Shown: piece after piece, positions 1 to 24,899 of the stretch
How positions within the stretch are numbered: the stretch's first letter is position 1
How the letters are laid out: each line of letters begins with the position of its first letter
The notes under the pieces: generated by a model
The model's input: the letters and a program-made list of their open reading frames with translations, nothing else
What the model was told of the DNA's origin: nothing
Databases searched by the model: none
Assembly: GCF_009914755.1 (NCBI RefSeq)
Contig: NC_060927.1
Length of the DNA stretch: 64,000 nucleotides
Source: the human T2T-CHM13v2.0 reference genome, Homo sapiens
Direction: 5' to 3' (one strand)
Translations under genes and position numbers: made by a program

Positions 1-375
1 ATCCCTTTTCTCCAAGTTGTTTAATTTGTCGGGTATCATAAAGCAGAAAAAGGTGCATATTTTCATAATTTTTTGTTAGTTTACTAACTTCAGTAATCAT
101 TTAGATCTTATACATATCTATGTATAAACACACCTATATATGTATGTATATTATAACTGCTATATTTCTAATTTTAAGAAACATTTCAAGGACTACTACC
201 TTTTATATAGACCTGATGCTTTGATTATTCTTATGATTATCACAAGAATTCATTTTCTTAAAAATGTTTGGTTTGATGTTTTCGGCATATTGGAAGAAGT
301 CACTGAGGGGATTTTTTTGCATTTTACTCTATTTCAAGGAATAGATTTCATTAAAGGGACATAACTAAAATGTAA

Positions 376-1263
<888 letters not shown>

Positions 1264-1899
1264 TAGTTGATTCAGAACACTGTGCTTCTGTGATTATAAC
1301 ACTTTTCACACAATGTAGCCACTGTTGCTTTGGTTGTCTCCTACAGTGTACCGAAAGCATCTGGAGAGCAGACACTATCTGCTCTATCTCCTCATCTCCA
1401 TCCCCAGCAAAGCACTTGATACATAGATGCAGTGTAGTAATAAATGTTCAATGAACGTGAGCTTTATAGGGATCTATAATTCTAAACATAGAAAGGTACA
1501 GAAAACATTGAAAAACCAAGTATAAAAATGAGAAGATGATGAAGTCTACATGGAATTCAGTACATGACATAAGAAATAAAGAAAATAGCAGGGATTCAGA
1601 AGGGGCTAAAATTCTATATGACTACAATAGGAATTATTCCTTAATCCCATGGCTCGTATGTTTTACTGACTGCTAGCCCAGGAAAGTTAGGATTTCATTA
1701 ATATTGCAACTAGTAATATTTACTGGTATTATCAGGTAGAAGAGAAAGAGGCAGCAAAGGATACTGAGAAGGGACAGCCAGAGTGGTAGGAAAACTAGGA
1801 GAGTTCCACCTTCAACAGGAGCAAGTGTTTCAGGAGAGATGAGAGGTGCCACAGAGAGGACACAGGCATTAAACTTGGCAGTTGGAGGCTATTGGTGAC

Positions 1900-2531
1900 T
1901 GTGTTGGTGATTCTCCAGACTATCCTCAGGTTGGATGATTTGCTAAAAGGACTCACAGAACTTGGGAAAATACTATTCTGTTCGTCATTATGGTTCATTA
2001 CAGCAAAAGGATACAGATTAGAATCAGTAAAGAAAAAAGGTGCCTAGGGCAGAGTCTAGGAGACATGAGGTGCAAGCTTCCAGTTGTTCTCTTTCAGTGG
2101 AGTTGTACAGACAGGGCTTAATTTTCTCAGCAATGATGTATGATAACACATATGAAGTATTGCCAACTGACGAAAGTTACCTCATCTTTGGTGTCCAGGG
2201 TTTTTATTGTGGGCCAGTCACATAGGTATTGAGTACCCATGTAACTGATCTTAACTATTTACACCTCAGACCACATAGAGGTCACACTGATACTCCATGG
2301 CCCAGGACCCAGGACCCCAGGCGAACAAAACAGATGTTGACTAGAAATCATTGATTGCCTAAACTATCTGATGTGACCAAGACCCCAGGTGTATAAAGAT
2401 ATTCTTTTTCAGTCAGGATATTCCAAGGGCTTGGAGATTATCTCCCAGGAGTCAGTCAAGGGCCAGTCTTATCTTTGCAATGTACAGTGTTTGAACATCC
2501 CCATCCTGCTGAGTTAACTCTTTACTGCACA
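1900..2531. mobile_element. Solo LTR, MER21-like, inserted into an L2
   Basis: TG...CA termini and a 5-bp TSD gtgac (1895-1899 and 2532-2536). Internal motifs such as ggactcacagaact and ttacagcaaaaggatacagatta resemble the MER21 family. Confidence 0.75.
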
Positions 2532-2800
2532 GTGACCTTCCCAAGAGCAGCTTCAGTGGTGTAGAGGGATGAAGGCCATTTTGGAATGGGTTGAATAGTG
2601 AATGAGAGGTAAAGAGTTTGAAGGATGAGTGTAGCCAATTCTTGGAAAGAGTTGTTTTGAGGAAAACAAGAGAAAAGAGAGTTAAGTGGTGTCTGGAGGA
2701 GAATCTAGATTAAAGGAACATTCTCTTTTGTAGATGAGAGATATAGAGTTTGTTCATGTGTTGATGGAATGAATAAATAAGGAGGGAAAAACTGATGGTG

Positions 2801-2838
<38 letters not shown>

Positions 2839-3340
2839 AGAGCAGGATTGCAGTTCTTGAGAAGGTAAGAGAGGAAGAAATGTAGTGTCGAAGTAGAGGA
2901 AGTGGCCTGAAATGGGAGCAGGAGCAGGTAAGGTGGTAGGTTTGATGGTGGGAGATGGGAAAAAGTCCTGTCTGATGCTGCTTCTTTTTCAATAATGTAT
3001 AAGATGTGGTCAACACCTGAAAATGAGGAGAGGGTGAAGGAGGTGTAAGGAGAGAAGTATGAGGTGTGAGGTAGTTATCTTAAACATGACCTTATGAGGA
3101 AAATGGAGGAGGGTTGCTGGACAATGTGAGAAAATGCTTAAAAGTGCAAAACAATAGGTCAGGTTGTATGATTTTCATCAGCAATTCTTAGCTGCTCTGT
3201 TCTGATTCAGGCATGGTTAATTTGGTTCAGCCAGGAATGATTTTTTTTCCTAGGTGATATTGTAGAGAGAGCAGGGGAAGGGCAAGAGAGCTGAAGATAT
3301 TTGAGAGGGAGTAATAATGATAGATCTTAGATTTTATATA

Positions 3341-3968
<628 letters not shown>

Positions 3969-5250
3969 TGAGGTAAAAGGGAAGTGAAGGCAGGGGGGAA
4001 GGATCATTGGACTGAAGGTCTAGATTGTTGCAGTGGGGTACAACAGCAAGTGAACTGGGAGGATAGGAAGTAGTGGTTGGTGTTGGGTGCTTAGAACCAT
4101 TTCTGAAAGTAGTGTAGTCAAAATGATTTGGTCTAGGGTGAGACTATGAGAATGGGTGACTGACATGGGGTGGATTATTGTTAGAGCATCCATGTGAATG
4201 TTGAGGTCTCCAAAAACGATGACAGGTATGGGGCAAAGAGAAAGCCTGGTGCTGAGACTTCATTGAATGGGAGCAGATGGTGGGAGGTCAGTACTTGACA
4301 ACGAATTTTGGGAAATTTAGCAGGATGGCAGGAGTTAAAGGAGGGAGATGAAGAATCATTTGAAAACAATAGTGAGAAGCAATTTTTGAACCCTGATGTG
4401 TGACAGGGAAAAATAGCTTCCACTTCAGAGGGCTATAGTGCTCTCAGAAGTGGGTCTGCTTTGGACAAGGAAAAGTTCAGAGAGAGATGGAGTATATAAG
4501 GGAGTTTGCTAATTATAATTCAGGAGTTCTAGATGGCACAGGAGAAAGGCTTGGGGGGCTAGAGAAAGTGGAGAATTGGGTCAGAGGTGTGGAACAAAAT
4601 GGTCTTGACAGTTTGGGTGATAATGGATCACTAAAGGAGGAGCCTTAGGTTTGTGATAGGCCTAAGTATGGAGAGAACAGCAGTGAGCCCAGACCTCAGA
4701 CTTTGATGAATGAATGAGGAATAATGGATGGGAGGTCTCTTGTTAGCAAGGAGTAGGTCGGAGACCTGGGGAAACAGAATAGTGAAGTTTGATGGGATTA
4801 GTCTTTAGCAGAGGGTGTTTCAAGCTGGATCACGAGTACTTAAATGTGACCCTTAATTGTTTTGGAGGCTTTGGATAGCCACTCCTTTTTTGCACTTTCT
4901 GTTCCTTTGGTTTGTTTGGCTGAGAAATTGAAGCCAGACAAAGAGCCATTTAACATTTTATTTTATTTCTTATTACTGGAAATACTTTGTAGAACTAATA
5001 CCTGTATTTCAGTCATATCTCCTTTGGCTTCTACTTTGAGTCACAGTTCAAAATTAAGGTTTATGATGTCACTTATAAAACTGTTCCATTTTGATTCTGA
5101 GGTTAAAAAAATAAAAATAAAATAAGGTTTTAATTTAGATATTCTAAAAGTGGGAAAGACAACTATTAGATTATTAATCTCTTTACAATGCATGTGTTTA
5201 TGAGTTGTAACAGGAAGTCTGAGTCAAAGCACCCTTCCTTATGTCAATAA

Positions 5251-5409
<159 letters not shown>

Positions 5410-6661
5410 TAATCATAGAGTACTCAGGTGTATTAAGCACTCTTGTTCAAGGTTAAGGGTATGGCTTGTGTTCTTCGCCACTAACTGTGAACTAGGACAG
5501 TGAATTTTCTTGCATTTTATTTAATCTGAAGAAAAATATTCTGACAATTTTGACAAGAAAAACAAAATAGTATAAAGCAGGAGGAAAGTGGCTTAACTGA
5601 AGGCTGTTAGAGCTTTCCAATAGATACAACAACCCCAATTTGAAATTTCATGTAGCTATCGATCTGTCTTTTGGGAATATTTGAATGAATTGTGATTAAG
5701 ATGGTATATGACTACAATATGCATGTCCTAAAAAGTATTCATAACTGTATAGGAGAGTATTTGAATCCTATAATAGCACACTTTAGGGACAGTTTAGGCA
5801 GTTGGTTTTACTAGCATTGTATCACATCAAATACTTCTTGATGATAATTTCTTGAAAATATTTTAATAAAATTTTCATTTCTTCTTTTTTATAGAAATGG
5901 GGTCTTGCCATATTGCCCAGGCCGGTCTCAAACTTCTGGGCTCAAGCAGTCTTCCCTCCTCAGCCTCCCAAAGTGAGCCACATCACCTGGCCAAATTTGT
6001 TATAATAGGATTTGACCTATAAAATGAAAAAATAATTATTGATTTGTAAAGTTTTGTAGTTACCAACAATAGAGGAATGGTTAAATTATAGAATAATAAT
6101 ACTGTGGAATACCATGGAATAGTTAAAAAAAATAAGGTAATGGTATTCACCAACATGGAAAGATCTCCAAAATAATACTGTTTAGTAAAAAAAAAAAACA
6201 GCACTAGCGCATTACAGCCTTGAACTCCTCAAGTGATCCTTCTGCTGCAACCTCCCAAGCAGCTGGGACTACAGGCACACACCAGTGTGCTCAGCTTCCC
6301 TGTATATTTGAAAATACGACCTAGAAAAAAGTCTGGAAGGATATGCATCAAGTTGCTGTCAGTAATTACCTTGGGCGGGGGGTCAAAGGGAAACTAAAAA
6401 CTGTACATACTGCTTTCTTGTTTGCAGTTTTTACAGTAAAATTTTGGAATTTTTGTTATACTTTAGAAATTAGGGGTCATATTATCAAGAATTTGGTATG
6501 TTTTTAGGTATTTTAGAAAGTTGCATATACTATATTGTTAGCTAATACTTAAAAACTGTAATCTCTACCTGGGTATCTAAAATGAGACTTATTTTACAAG
6601 ATCTACTTATTTCAAGGGCTCTAACCTGTCTTATTGAATAGATCTCATTATATCTTGAATA

Positions 6662-6741
6662 CATTATTGACCCCTTATTCAGCTAGGCATGTGCTGTTGC
6701 GCATTATTGACCCCTTAGTCAGCTAGACATGTACTGTTGTG
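6662..6741. repeat. 40-bp tandem duplication, 2 copies, 36/40 identical
   Basis: cattattgaccccttattcagctaggcatgtgctgttgcg followed by cattattgaccccttagtcagctagacatgtactgttgtg. Confidence 0.9.
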
Positions 6742-6970
6742 CTTCTTGCTGTTTTTCTTGTAGAAGCAAGAGAATTGCTTTGGCCCATTCCCACTCCTGG
6801 TGAGGGCCTTTTGTTACCAGGGACATGTACCATTTGTGCCAGTCTGGTTTTAGGCTTGGGATGCTATGGAAAAGATAAAGGGAGTCAGCAGTTTCTAGCT
6901 CCAGTTCTGCCATTTGCCAGCTTCATGACTGCTGGAAAAAAGAGCTCAAAGGAAAATTGTAAAATAGACA

Positions 6971-7590
<620 letters not shown>

Positions 7591-7632
7591 CACTTTTTAT
7601 TTTATAATACAACTGTATTCTCTGGTTTATAG

Positions 7633-8337
<705 letters not shown>

Positions 8338-9733
8338 CATGTCTTTTGGGAGGCAGATATCCACTTAACTTTTCTTAAAAATACTTTCAGTTGCCTTTGC
8401 TTTTTTTTGGAGGGAAATACTCCCTACCCCTAATTTTGTTACTACTTATATAGAATTTGTATTCATGTCTTATATTTTTCAGATTCTAGATATTGAGCTG
8501 AGTTTTCATTTTGATTTTGTTAGCTTTTTACTTAGCTGTAAGGTACCAAACTATTTATATTGAAAGCTATATGCACTTTATTTCTTAACTGAATTGCATC
8601 AACAATGTTCCTGTTTCTTTCATGTACTCATTTACTTTCAAAAATAAGCTAGAATATATTAAAGAAAATAGAAAAAATTACCTTAAATATATAAATAAGA
8701 GAATTTTGGCCCTTCTGTGTCTGAGAAAATTAATTATATAGCAAGGAATGAAATTTGATAAAGCAAATATAAATGAGAAATATGAGGATTGTGAATTATT
8801 GAAATTTGCCAGTCTCCCTGGTGTAAAATGTTTTTTTAAAGCCTTTTTTCCTCCTTTCGGAGTCAAGGAAAGCCTTTCTATAAGCAAATTAAGGAAGAAA
8901 AGGTAGGATTATAAGATTTCTCAATGGGGATGATTAAATTGTCTCATGGAAAACTTCAGTTAATGTCATGCATCAGTTTTAACATATGAAGTAAAGTGTT
9001 CTATCCAGGATTAAAGTCAAGTTTACTTAGGCAACACAAGAATATTTCACTTAGATATGAAGAAAGGAAACACTAGTCTCCATTCACTTGAAATACTCTC
9101 ATGGCAAATATTTATCCTCTCATTAAGTGCTTTTTCACCCTATAGGTAAGCATTTTTGTGCCAACATGTTGTCAGAAATTAATGTATGTTCATCTCCTCT
9201 GTTCCTGCTTATTTTTACTTATATATTTCAGCAGAAGGTCCGTGGCCATTCACTTCAATTTTGACCTCTGTCCCATAGTGAAGAACATTTAAAGTAATAC
9301 TACTGGTCGAATATGAATGACTTTTTAGGAACTACTTTTTGTCTAACCTGAAAAAGTTCCACATTTGGAAGACAATTTAATGATGGTGAAGAAATAATAA
9401 ACCTCACTTTACTTGTTAAAAGGGATATATATATATATATATATGTCTGCAACTTCAGGGAGAAATAAGATTGTGTTTGAATATTGTAGGTAGATGCATT
9501 TGTAATTAAGGATAATATCGTTTAACAACATGTATTTGGTTTCCCTCAACTTACAGACATACAGCTATTTAAAACTATGGCAATACTTAAACATCTCTAA
9601 ATTTAGGTGCTAAATATCTATTATTCTGTTGTAGTCATTAGGTGCCCTTCTCTGAAGTTATGTAAAATAAAAGCATCTGATCCTTCAAGGATAAAGTTGA
9701 GGATCACATGGTACGTGGCATTTGTTGTTATTG

Positions 9734-13108
<3,375 letters not shown>

Positions 13109-13326
13109 TTGTTCATCTTCTAATTAAATATCTTTGAATGTTTTGTAATAATTTTAATGTTGACAATAAGAGTTTAAAAATAATTTGATTTTGGACTGTA
13201 TTTAGATTTCTCTTTAATTTTGCTGTAGAAATAGTAAATGATTTAAAGTGGTTATGATGTGTTTTATGAAGGCTTACTATTTTATATTGTACTTATTTAA
13301 TTTGTATTTGAGTCTGTCTAATTTTA

Positions 13327-13332
13327 AATAAA
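13327..13332 (+). terminator. CEP97: Likely distal polyadenylation signal of CEP97
   Basis: AATAAA with U-rich upstream sequence and a downstream tgttttatttt element. Confidence 0.6.
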
Positions 13333-13819
13333 AGGTTTATACATTTGAGTGCTTCATCTGTTTATTTTAGTGATTAGTAGTAATGATTGTTATTCATTGT
13401 GCTTGTAATTAATGGATAAAGTTCAGAATAAATTGCAAATAGAACCCTACTAAGCAATGTCCAGAGTATTCTCATTATATAAGTGAATTTACAATAAAAC
13501 AGCTTTTGCCTTATGAAAATGGATATGAAGTGGAAGGAATGCTAATTCAGTTTTATTCAGTATAGATTTCGTTACCTCTAGATACTCACTAGAATTCTCT
13601 AGACAGAGAAGAGCAGACATCCTTCAAAGAGCATAGATGACATTGTCCGGGGCTAGTGAAGGTAGTGAGTGTTGGGGGGTAAGTTGAGTAGAAGCCCTCT
13701 CATTTGACACTATTGGAACCTGTAGTTGGTTAGCGAATAAAAAAATTACAGCAGGGAGTCATAAAAGATTATATATATATGATATATATATGTATCTATG
13801 CATCATAAACTTTAAAATA

Positions 13820-16140
<2,321 letters not shown>

Positions 16141-16479
16141 GTTTTTTTCTAATGTTCTTTTCTTTGAGTATAGATGCTCTGTAGTTCTGTGTCTAAATTT
16201 TACCTATAATGCACCATTTCCATTTTTAGTTTCTTTAAAATAGAGTAAGAATTTAAAAACATGTATAAAGCCATCAGAATGCAGAATACTTCTAGGTGTT
16301 TATAATTTCTCCATCTGATTTTTGACACATTTCTTGCCCATACCTAACTCAACTGCAGTTTTTTTACCTTTTTAAGCAATTCACTTTTGAGTCTTTCCGA
16401 AACACTCAACTTTGTTTTCCTTGAATATTTTTTGTTTTTACACTAGATTTCAAAGGTTCACATAATAAGTGCTTAGATT

Positions 16480-16785
<306 letters not shown>

Positions 16786-17064
16786 TTATATTATTATAAT
16801 CACGTTATAACTGGAATAAACTGGTTTGGAAACAAATACGACTCAAATTGGTGGGAGCAGAAGTCCATATTCTGGAGAGGGAGTAGGATAGCAAAGCTTT
16901 TCTTGTATTGTTTCATCTATCTTTGAAGGAAAAGAAAACTTTTTGCCCCCTCAAACAATTGAAGCTGATTCCCAGTTTGGTGATGAAGTGGATGTTGGTG
17001 CTTCATCAGATCTGAATTAGCAAGAGTATTGGTTCCCAAACTTTCTGGTAATCATAATCTGGGG

Positions 17065-19290
<2,226 letters not shown>

Positions 19291-19413
19291 TGCTACTGAT
19301 GTTATTTTGATTATCAGTGGAATTTGATTTGAGGACTACTGAACTGCAGAAATCAAGAGTGGAGGAAAAAAAAATTGATCTCATTTTTCCCTAAACTATG
19401 CATGTGAGATTAG

Positions 19414-19733
<320 letters not shown>

Positions 19734-20657
19734 TGACTTTTAAAAGGAAAATATGTCCATTAATTTGAGAGCATGGACCAACGCAGTAGTGACATCAACT
19801 ACTTCACTCACTTTCAGTCTCTTACCCTTGGCAGCCTCCTCCAATTGTTCATGGTGTTTTGGAACAGAGTGGTTGGTACCTAATGTGACAGTGGTCACTT
19901 AATTTTCAGTAGGTAGATGGCCTTGGGGCCCAAATTTCAGTGACTTGTTCAAAGGGAGGAAGCAAAGGAACTGAATGAGGAACTGACTTGGGCTCAGGAG
20001 TATGCATGTAGGCCTCCGTGAAAACATCTGAATGAACACAGAGTCCACTGTGGTCAAGAAATATAAAAATACTTAATGTGCTTGTGCCTCAAGCTTCTGC
20101 CATCAGGGACAGGTTTATTTGCTTTTATTTGTCTACTCTTAAGATCTATGCTTTGTTTTGCTTAGAGAATCAAGTTTAGCATTAATAAACACTAGTGTGT
20201 AAACTACATTTTCAGATGGGGCAGAAATGACCAGTTCCTTTGGTTTCATATCATCATATAAACATTTTTTTATTTTTTGAGACAGGGCCTCACTCTGTCA
20301 CCCAGGCTGGAGTGCAGTGGCTGCTCTTATTTGTGGTTATGACTGTAAAATATAGGTAAATATAGGTAAGATCACTCAAATGCCTCAGGGTTATGAGTGC
20401 TTGGGGGAGAATGGGGTCAATGAGGTCCAAAACCATGACCTAGAAGTCATCTTGTCCTAAGTATTTTACCACTTGTAAGACAGCCAAGCTGTACATGAGG
20501 CGGGGGATCCTACTGGGAGATAAAGCATAATCAGAGCAGAAGTCTAGTATATGAGGCTCTTCTTCGATAGCAGAAGGAAGCTACCCTTTTATGTCCTCAA
20601 AAGGTCCCAGAGTGCTGTATTTCCTCGAGGAAGAAGGAGTATCAGATCATTACTACA

Positions 20658-21074
20658 ATGGTTGAACTAGTTTACAGTCCCACCAACAGTGTAAACGTGT
20701 TCCTACTTCTCCACATCCTCTCCACCACCTGTTGTTTCCTGACTTTTTAATGATCGCCATTCTAACTGGTGTGAGATGGTATCTCATTGTGGTTTTGATT
20801 TGCATTTCTCTGATGGCCAGTGCTGATGAGCATTTTTTCATGTGTTTGTTGGCTGCATAAATGAACACTTGGACACAGGAAGGGGAACATCACACACCTG
20901 GGCATGTTGTGGGGTAGGGGGAGGGGGGAGGGATAGCATTAGGAGATATACTTAATGTAAATGACGAGTTAATGGGTGCAGCATACCAACATGGCACATG
21001 TATACATATGTAACAAACCTGCACGTTGTGCACATGTACCCTAGAACTTAAAGTATATTAAAAAAAAAAAAAGA
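20658..21074. mobile_element. 5'-inverted (twin-primed) L1PA insertion: inverted ORF2 piece 20658-20863 plus sense 3'UTR/poly-A 20864-21074
   Basis: TSD agatcattactaca at 20644-20657 and 21075-21088. Orientation switches at ...gcataaatg|aacacttggacacagg. Confidence 0.92.
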
Positions 21075-21779
21075 AGATCATTACTACAGAAGAGATCTTC
21101 CACCCTGTGGCAGAACTTCCTTTTATCCCATTCACGGATCTGGTTGCCCACGAAGCAGGCCTGCCATGAAAACATCTGAATGAGCATGCAGAGTCCATTA
21201 TGGTCAAGAAATGGAAAAATACTTAGTTGTCATGTACATTAATTATTTTTCTTAAACCTTGGGGTAATAGTCCGGGGGCAGGCCTGCTTTTGGGGCCTGT
21301 GTTAACCCCACTGTGCTCCAAGCACAGAGAAACACGGTGCAGCCCACAATTCCTTCTGGTTTCTTGAACAAGTGTCTTCTCAGGACTCCTCTCAGTTCCT
21401 GAATTTCACAAAACTGCTACCGACGTTTTACCAGTTAGAAAAATGTCCAAAATAGGATAACCCAGAATTGGGGATGGTGGAGGGTGAGGAAAGTATGCTT
21501 TGCCAAGAGACCGACATCATGTACAGTGAGAGTAAAAGGAACGGGCTGTTTTACTGGCGAGTAGAAGTTGTTGACTAATGTCAAAGCAAGGAAAAGATTC
21601 AAGGATCCGCTATATCCGTGCTTATACTTGGCAAATCGCATTTCTCTGGTTCAGGGCACAATAAATTCCATCACTCCACAGGAAAGACTGCCCTACTAGA
21701 GTCAACTGCGGTTGTGGGCACTTTCGCTGACAAGCGAAAAGCCTTGAGGTAGGTGGATGCTCCCAGGAAACTCAGACGT

Positions 21780-22700
21780 CCGAAGTTCACGAGGAGTTGG
21801 GTCGTGAGAGGGGCCAGACCTCGATCCGCGGGGCGACAGCTGCAGTGTCGCGTCGCGAGCAGGAGCTTGGCGGCGTAGAGCGCCAGGGTGCCAACTTCGC
21901 TTCCAGGCCTGTGGGTTCCGCCCGGCGCGTGCTGCTGTCAGTCAACGCCCTCGGCCCGCCCCCGCCGAAGCTCCACCAATCGTAGCCGGGGGTCGGAGGT
22001 GAGGAGACGTCGCCGGGTGAGGGAGCGGGGGGCTAGCGGCCTGGCGCTGCGGCGACCGACCGGGGCGTCAGGATCCCTGGCCCCCGGAGAGCGAAGGGCG
22101 GCCGGGTCCCGGAGGTGAGTGCTGGATGTGGTCTGTGTGCGGACGTCGGGAGGGGCCGCTGCGGGCGGAGCGACCCATTGCCCGGCTCTGCCAGCGCGCT
22201 CCTAGACTGCGAAGCCCCTCCCTCCGCGCGCATCTGCTCCCGAGTCCCCAGCCCCGTGCTGATAGGTGCAGCCCCTGGAGTCGTGGCTGTGGGCATAGGT
22301 GCCAGGGAGGGGAGGCCCGGGTCGAAGGCATAGGCAGAATTGGAGCCCTGGGTTGCCAAAGCGTCGCAGCTAAGAAGCCGGAGCCCAGGCTAGTACCGGC
22401 GGGGCGGGGCGGGGCGGGGCCGGGAGCGAGCATCTCCATCCTCAGTTTCCTCCACTTGCGGCAACGCCACAGCTCGGTACAGTTCGGACCTCCACGCCGC
22501 AGCGAAAGACTTCTGTCCTCCAGGCACCTTCACTAACCCGGTGCGGAGCACTTGGCGACGCCTCCCTGCCCATCTCATATCTCTCGGCTCATCGCTGCTC
22601 TGGGCACCAGCTGCCTCTTGGCTGGCGCTGCTGTCACACGGTGGACTGTTCTGGCCTTACTGAGCTGCCGTTTGGGGACATCAGATTCAGGTCGTATGGG
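21780..22700 (+). promoter_or_regulatory. NXPE3: CpG-island promoter of NXPE3 with GC boxes, a CCAAT box and (GGGGC)4
   Basis: Sharp rise in GC and CpG content. ccgccc at 21918 and 21953-21966, ccaat at 21976-21980, (ggggc)4 at 22401-22420. No TATA box. Confidence 0.9.
21995..22114 (+). other. NXPE3: NXPE3 non-coding first exon (start approximate)
   Basis: Consensus donor GAG|gtgagt at 22114/22115, downstream of the CCAAT/GC boxes. Confidence 0.7.
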
Positions 22701-23309
22701 GAGAAACGAGTGTAACTTTACAAGGTGTGATATGGAGACCCTGGCCTGTTGCCCATTTCTGCCTGATCAAAGGCCACTAGGGTGGTAATAAGAGGGGTTC
22801 CGAGGCAGGATTTATGCAGCATTTGTGCAAAATTGTAAATTTTCTTTGCTTTTCATTATTTACATTAAAGGGGGATTGTTGCCACATTTCCTAAAGATAA
22901 AGAATCACACTGCTTTGGTGGGCCTCCCCGCTCCTCACTGTGGTTAATTATCATTTGGAACATCAGGATATATTTGAAACTGGCAGGACTCCCAGACCCT
23001 GATAATTGTTTGGAGGCAGCAGTATACTATTTCTCCGTAGTGTTTGGGTTCTGCTTTTCTTTGAATTTGTTTAGTATTTTTTTTTCCATGTCTGTTATCC
23101 TCACAATCTCTTTGGGGCCAATAGAGTGCTGTTATTTGTTACTGAGAAAGGAAACGAAGGGATAAATCACTGAAGTGGGGTTAGCCTTCCCCATTGCCTG
23201 GGAATTGGGTTGTCCTGACCTGACAATTTAAGTTACAATTCAAACATCATTTTGGAAAGGCCATCCTTTTACCAACTGAAACGAATAACAGTCCCTGGCC
23301 ACTCTATAC

Positions 23310-23490
23310 TAGTGGTTCTCCCACTTGGCTGTATGTTGTAATCATCTAGGGACCTTTTTAAAAAAAGCTACTTCTTGGGCCTATTCCTACAGATTCTGAT
23401 TTAATTGTTTGAGTGGGGCCCAGTTGTTTGTATTTTAAAAAGCTTCCACGATGATTATTAATGTTCATGCAGGGTTGAGGACCACAACCT
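23310..23490. mobile_element. MER5-like hAT DNA transposon relic
   Basis: Termini agtggttctc ... ggttgaggaccac and internal cagattctgatttaatt. Confidence 0.65.
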
Positions 23491-24899
23491 ATCAATGTGT
23501 TCAATATTTAAAAAATAGCACTTAGTACAGTGTGACTTATATAACTGATTTTATTACTTCTCCACTTGCTATGTAACCTCCATGAATACATGGGGCCCTG
23601 CTTTGGAAGAAGGGCAAGGGAAGGTCCAGATGAGTCAGCACTTTGTGCATGTGAGGCTGCGGGACACGAAGGAGAAATGGAATCTGTGGAAACAAGTCCT
23701 GCAGACTACTGCCCCTGCTTCATCTTTTTTCAAGGATTGACCCTATTTGGTTAACCCATCATTGTTAGGGTCCTGGATGGGTCTCCAGTTCTTCATTCTG
23801 TAGATCCTGCCCTGTTTCAAGGTCTTACTCAGCATCCTATGAAATACAGCTACTCTTTGCAAAGTTTGAAATATATGCATTTAAGTGTAGATATTTTCCA
23901 TGTAAATCTGTGCTTTTGTCTCTTACTATTGTTCTGAACTATATATTCTGAACTAAAGTTCCAGACACTTGCTGTGACTAGTACAGTTACATTTATTTGG
24001 CCAACAGGTCAGAGTAGTTAGGATAGGGACTGCCTCAGAAACTGGACAGTTTCTATGCAGTTGTCCTATAATATATTATCTTTGTGGAATGGTTGCCTGA
24101 GAACATTAGCTCCCCAGAGGATAGGGTTGCTGTCTGATTTTCTTTGTTTAATATTGAACTCAGGAATTTCATTTGTGTTACTGACAATTGTAATTCCAAA
24201 TGATGTAAGTGACTGCTTTGTAATTCTCTTGTGAGATGGGGGTAGGAACCCTAATGGCAGTCTGGGGTTGTTGTCACAGGCCATAAAGAAGTTAGATTGG
24301 CCACTATGAGTCTTGGATATGGAAGTAGGCTTAATAAAAATTTGGCAGAACACTTCCAACAAATACTGGGTTCCACATGTAAGGCAGAGCATGCATTTAA
24401 CTTTTTGCTTGTTCTTTGCACATATTATAAAAATAAAGCATGAGTAAGTGGTGGTCTGACATTTGAAAACAGGATCACTCAAGTTTAGATTCCTTGAATA
24501 ATAACTTTTAGATCTGTACAGATACCCCTTTTTTCTGTAGGGGAAAACAAGATCATTGGATCATTGAACTAAATAATTATAATAGTTTTTAAGAAAAATA
24601 ACATTTGGAGCTTTTATCTTTGGTTTATATTTTTTCACTTATATCGCTGTTTATAAAGTTTTGACCTTCAGCCAAGGTCTGAGAGTGATTTACCATGTTG
24701 AAGTTCATGTATTTAAATAGACTATTTAAATTACTGTTTTTTATTAGTAAGGAAAAGGAAACGTTCCTATGCCCACTCCTCCCACTATATCATGTATAAC
24801 TCTCTTGCCTGTAAAATTGTACTCTTAATTTCTAATGTTTTTCTTTACTTCATTTTCAGTATCTTTAACCTTTATATCATATGCATATTTTTGTTTCAG

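Noticed and set aside
2805-2833. Long poly-A run as the tail of a processed pseudogene
   Set aside because: No upstream mRNA-like body or TSD; it sits within L2-like sequence.
21797-22788. Overlapping ORFs on both strands in the CpG island
   Set aside because: Expected from stop-codon scarcity in GC-rich DNA; most lack ATG starts and none resembles a known protein.
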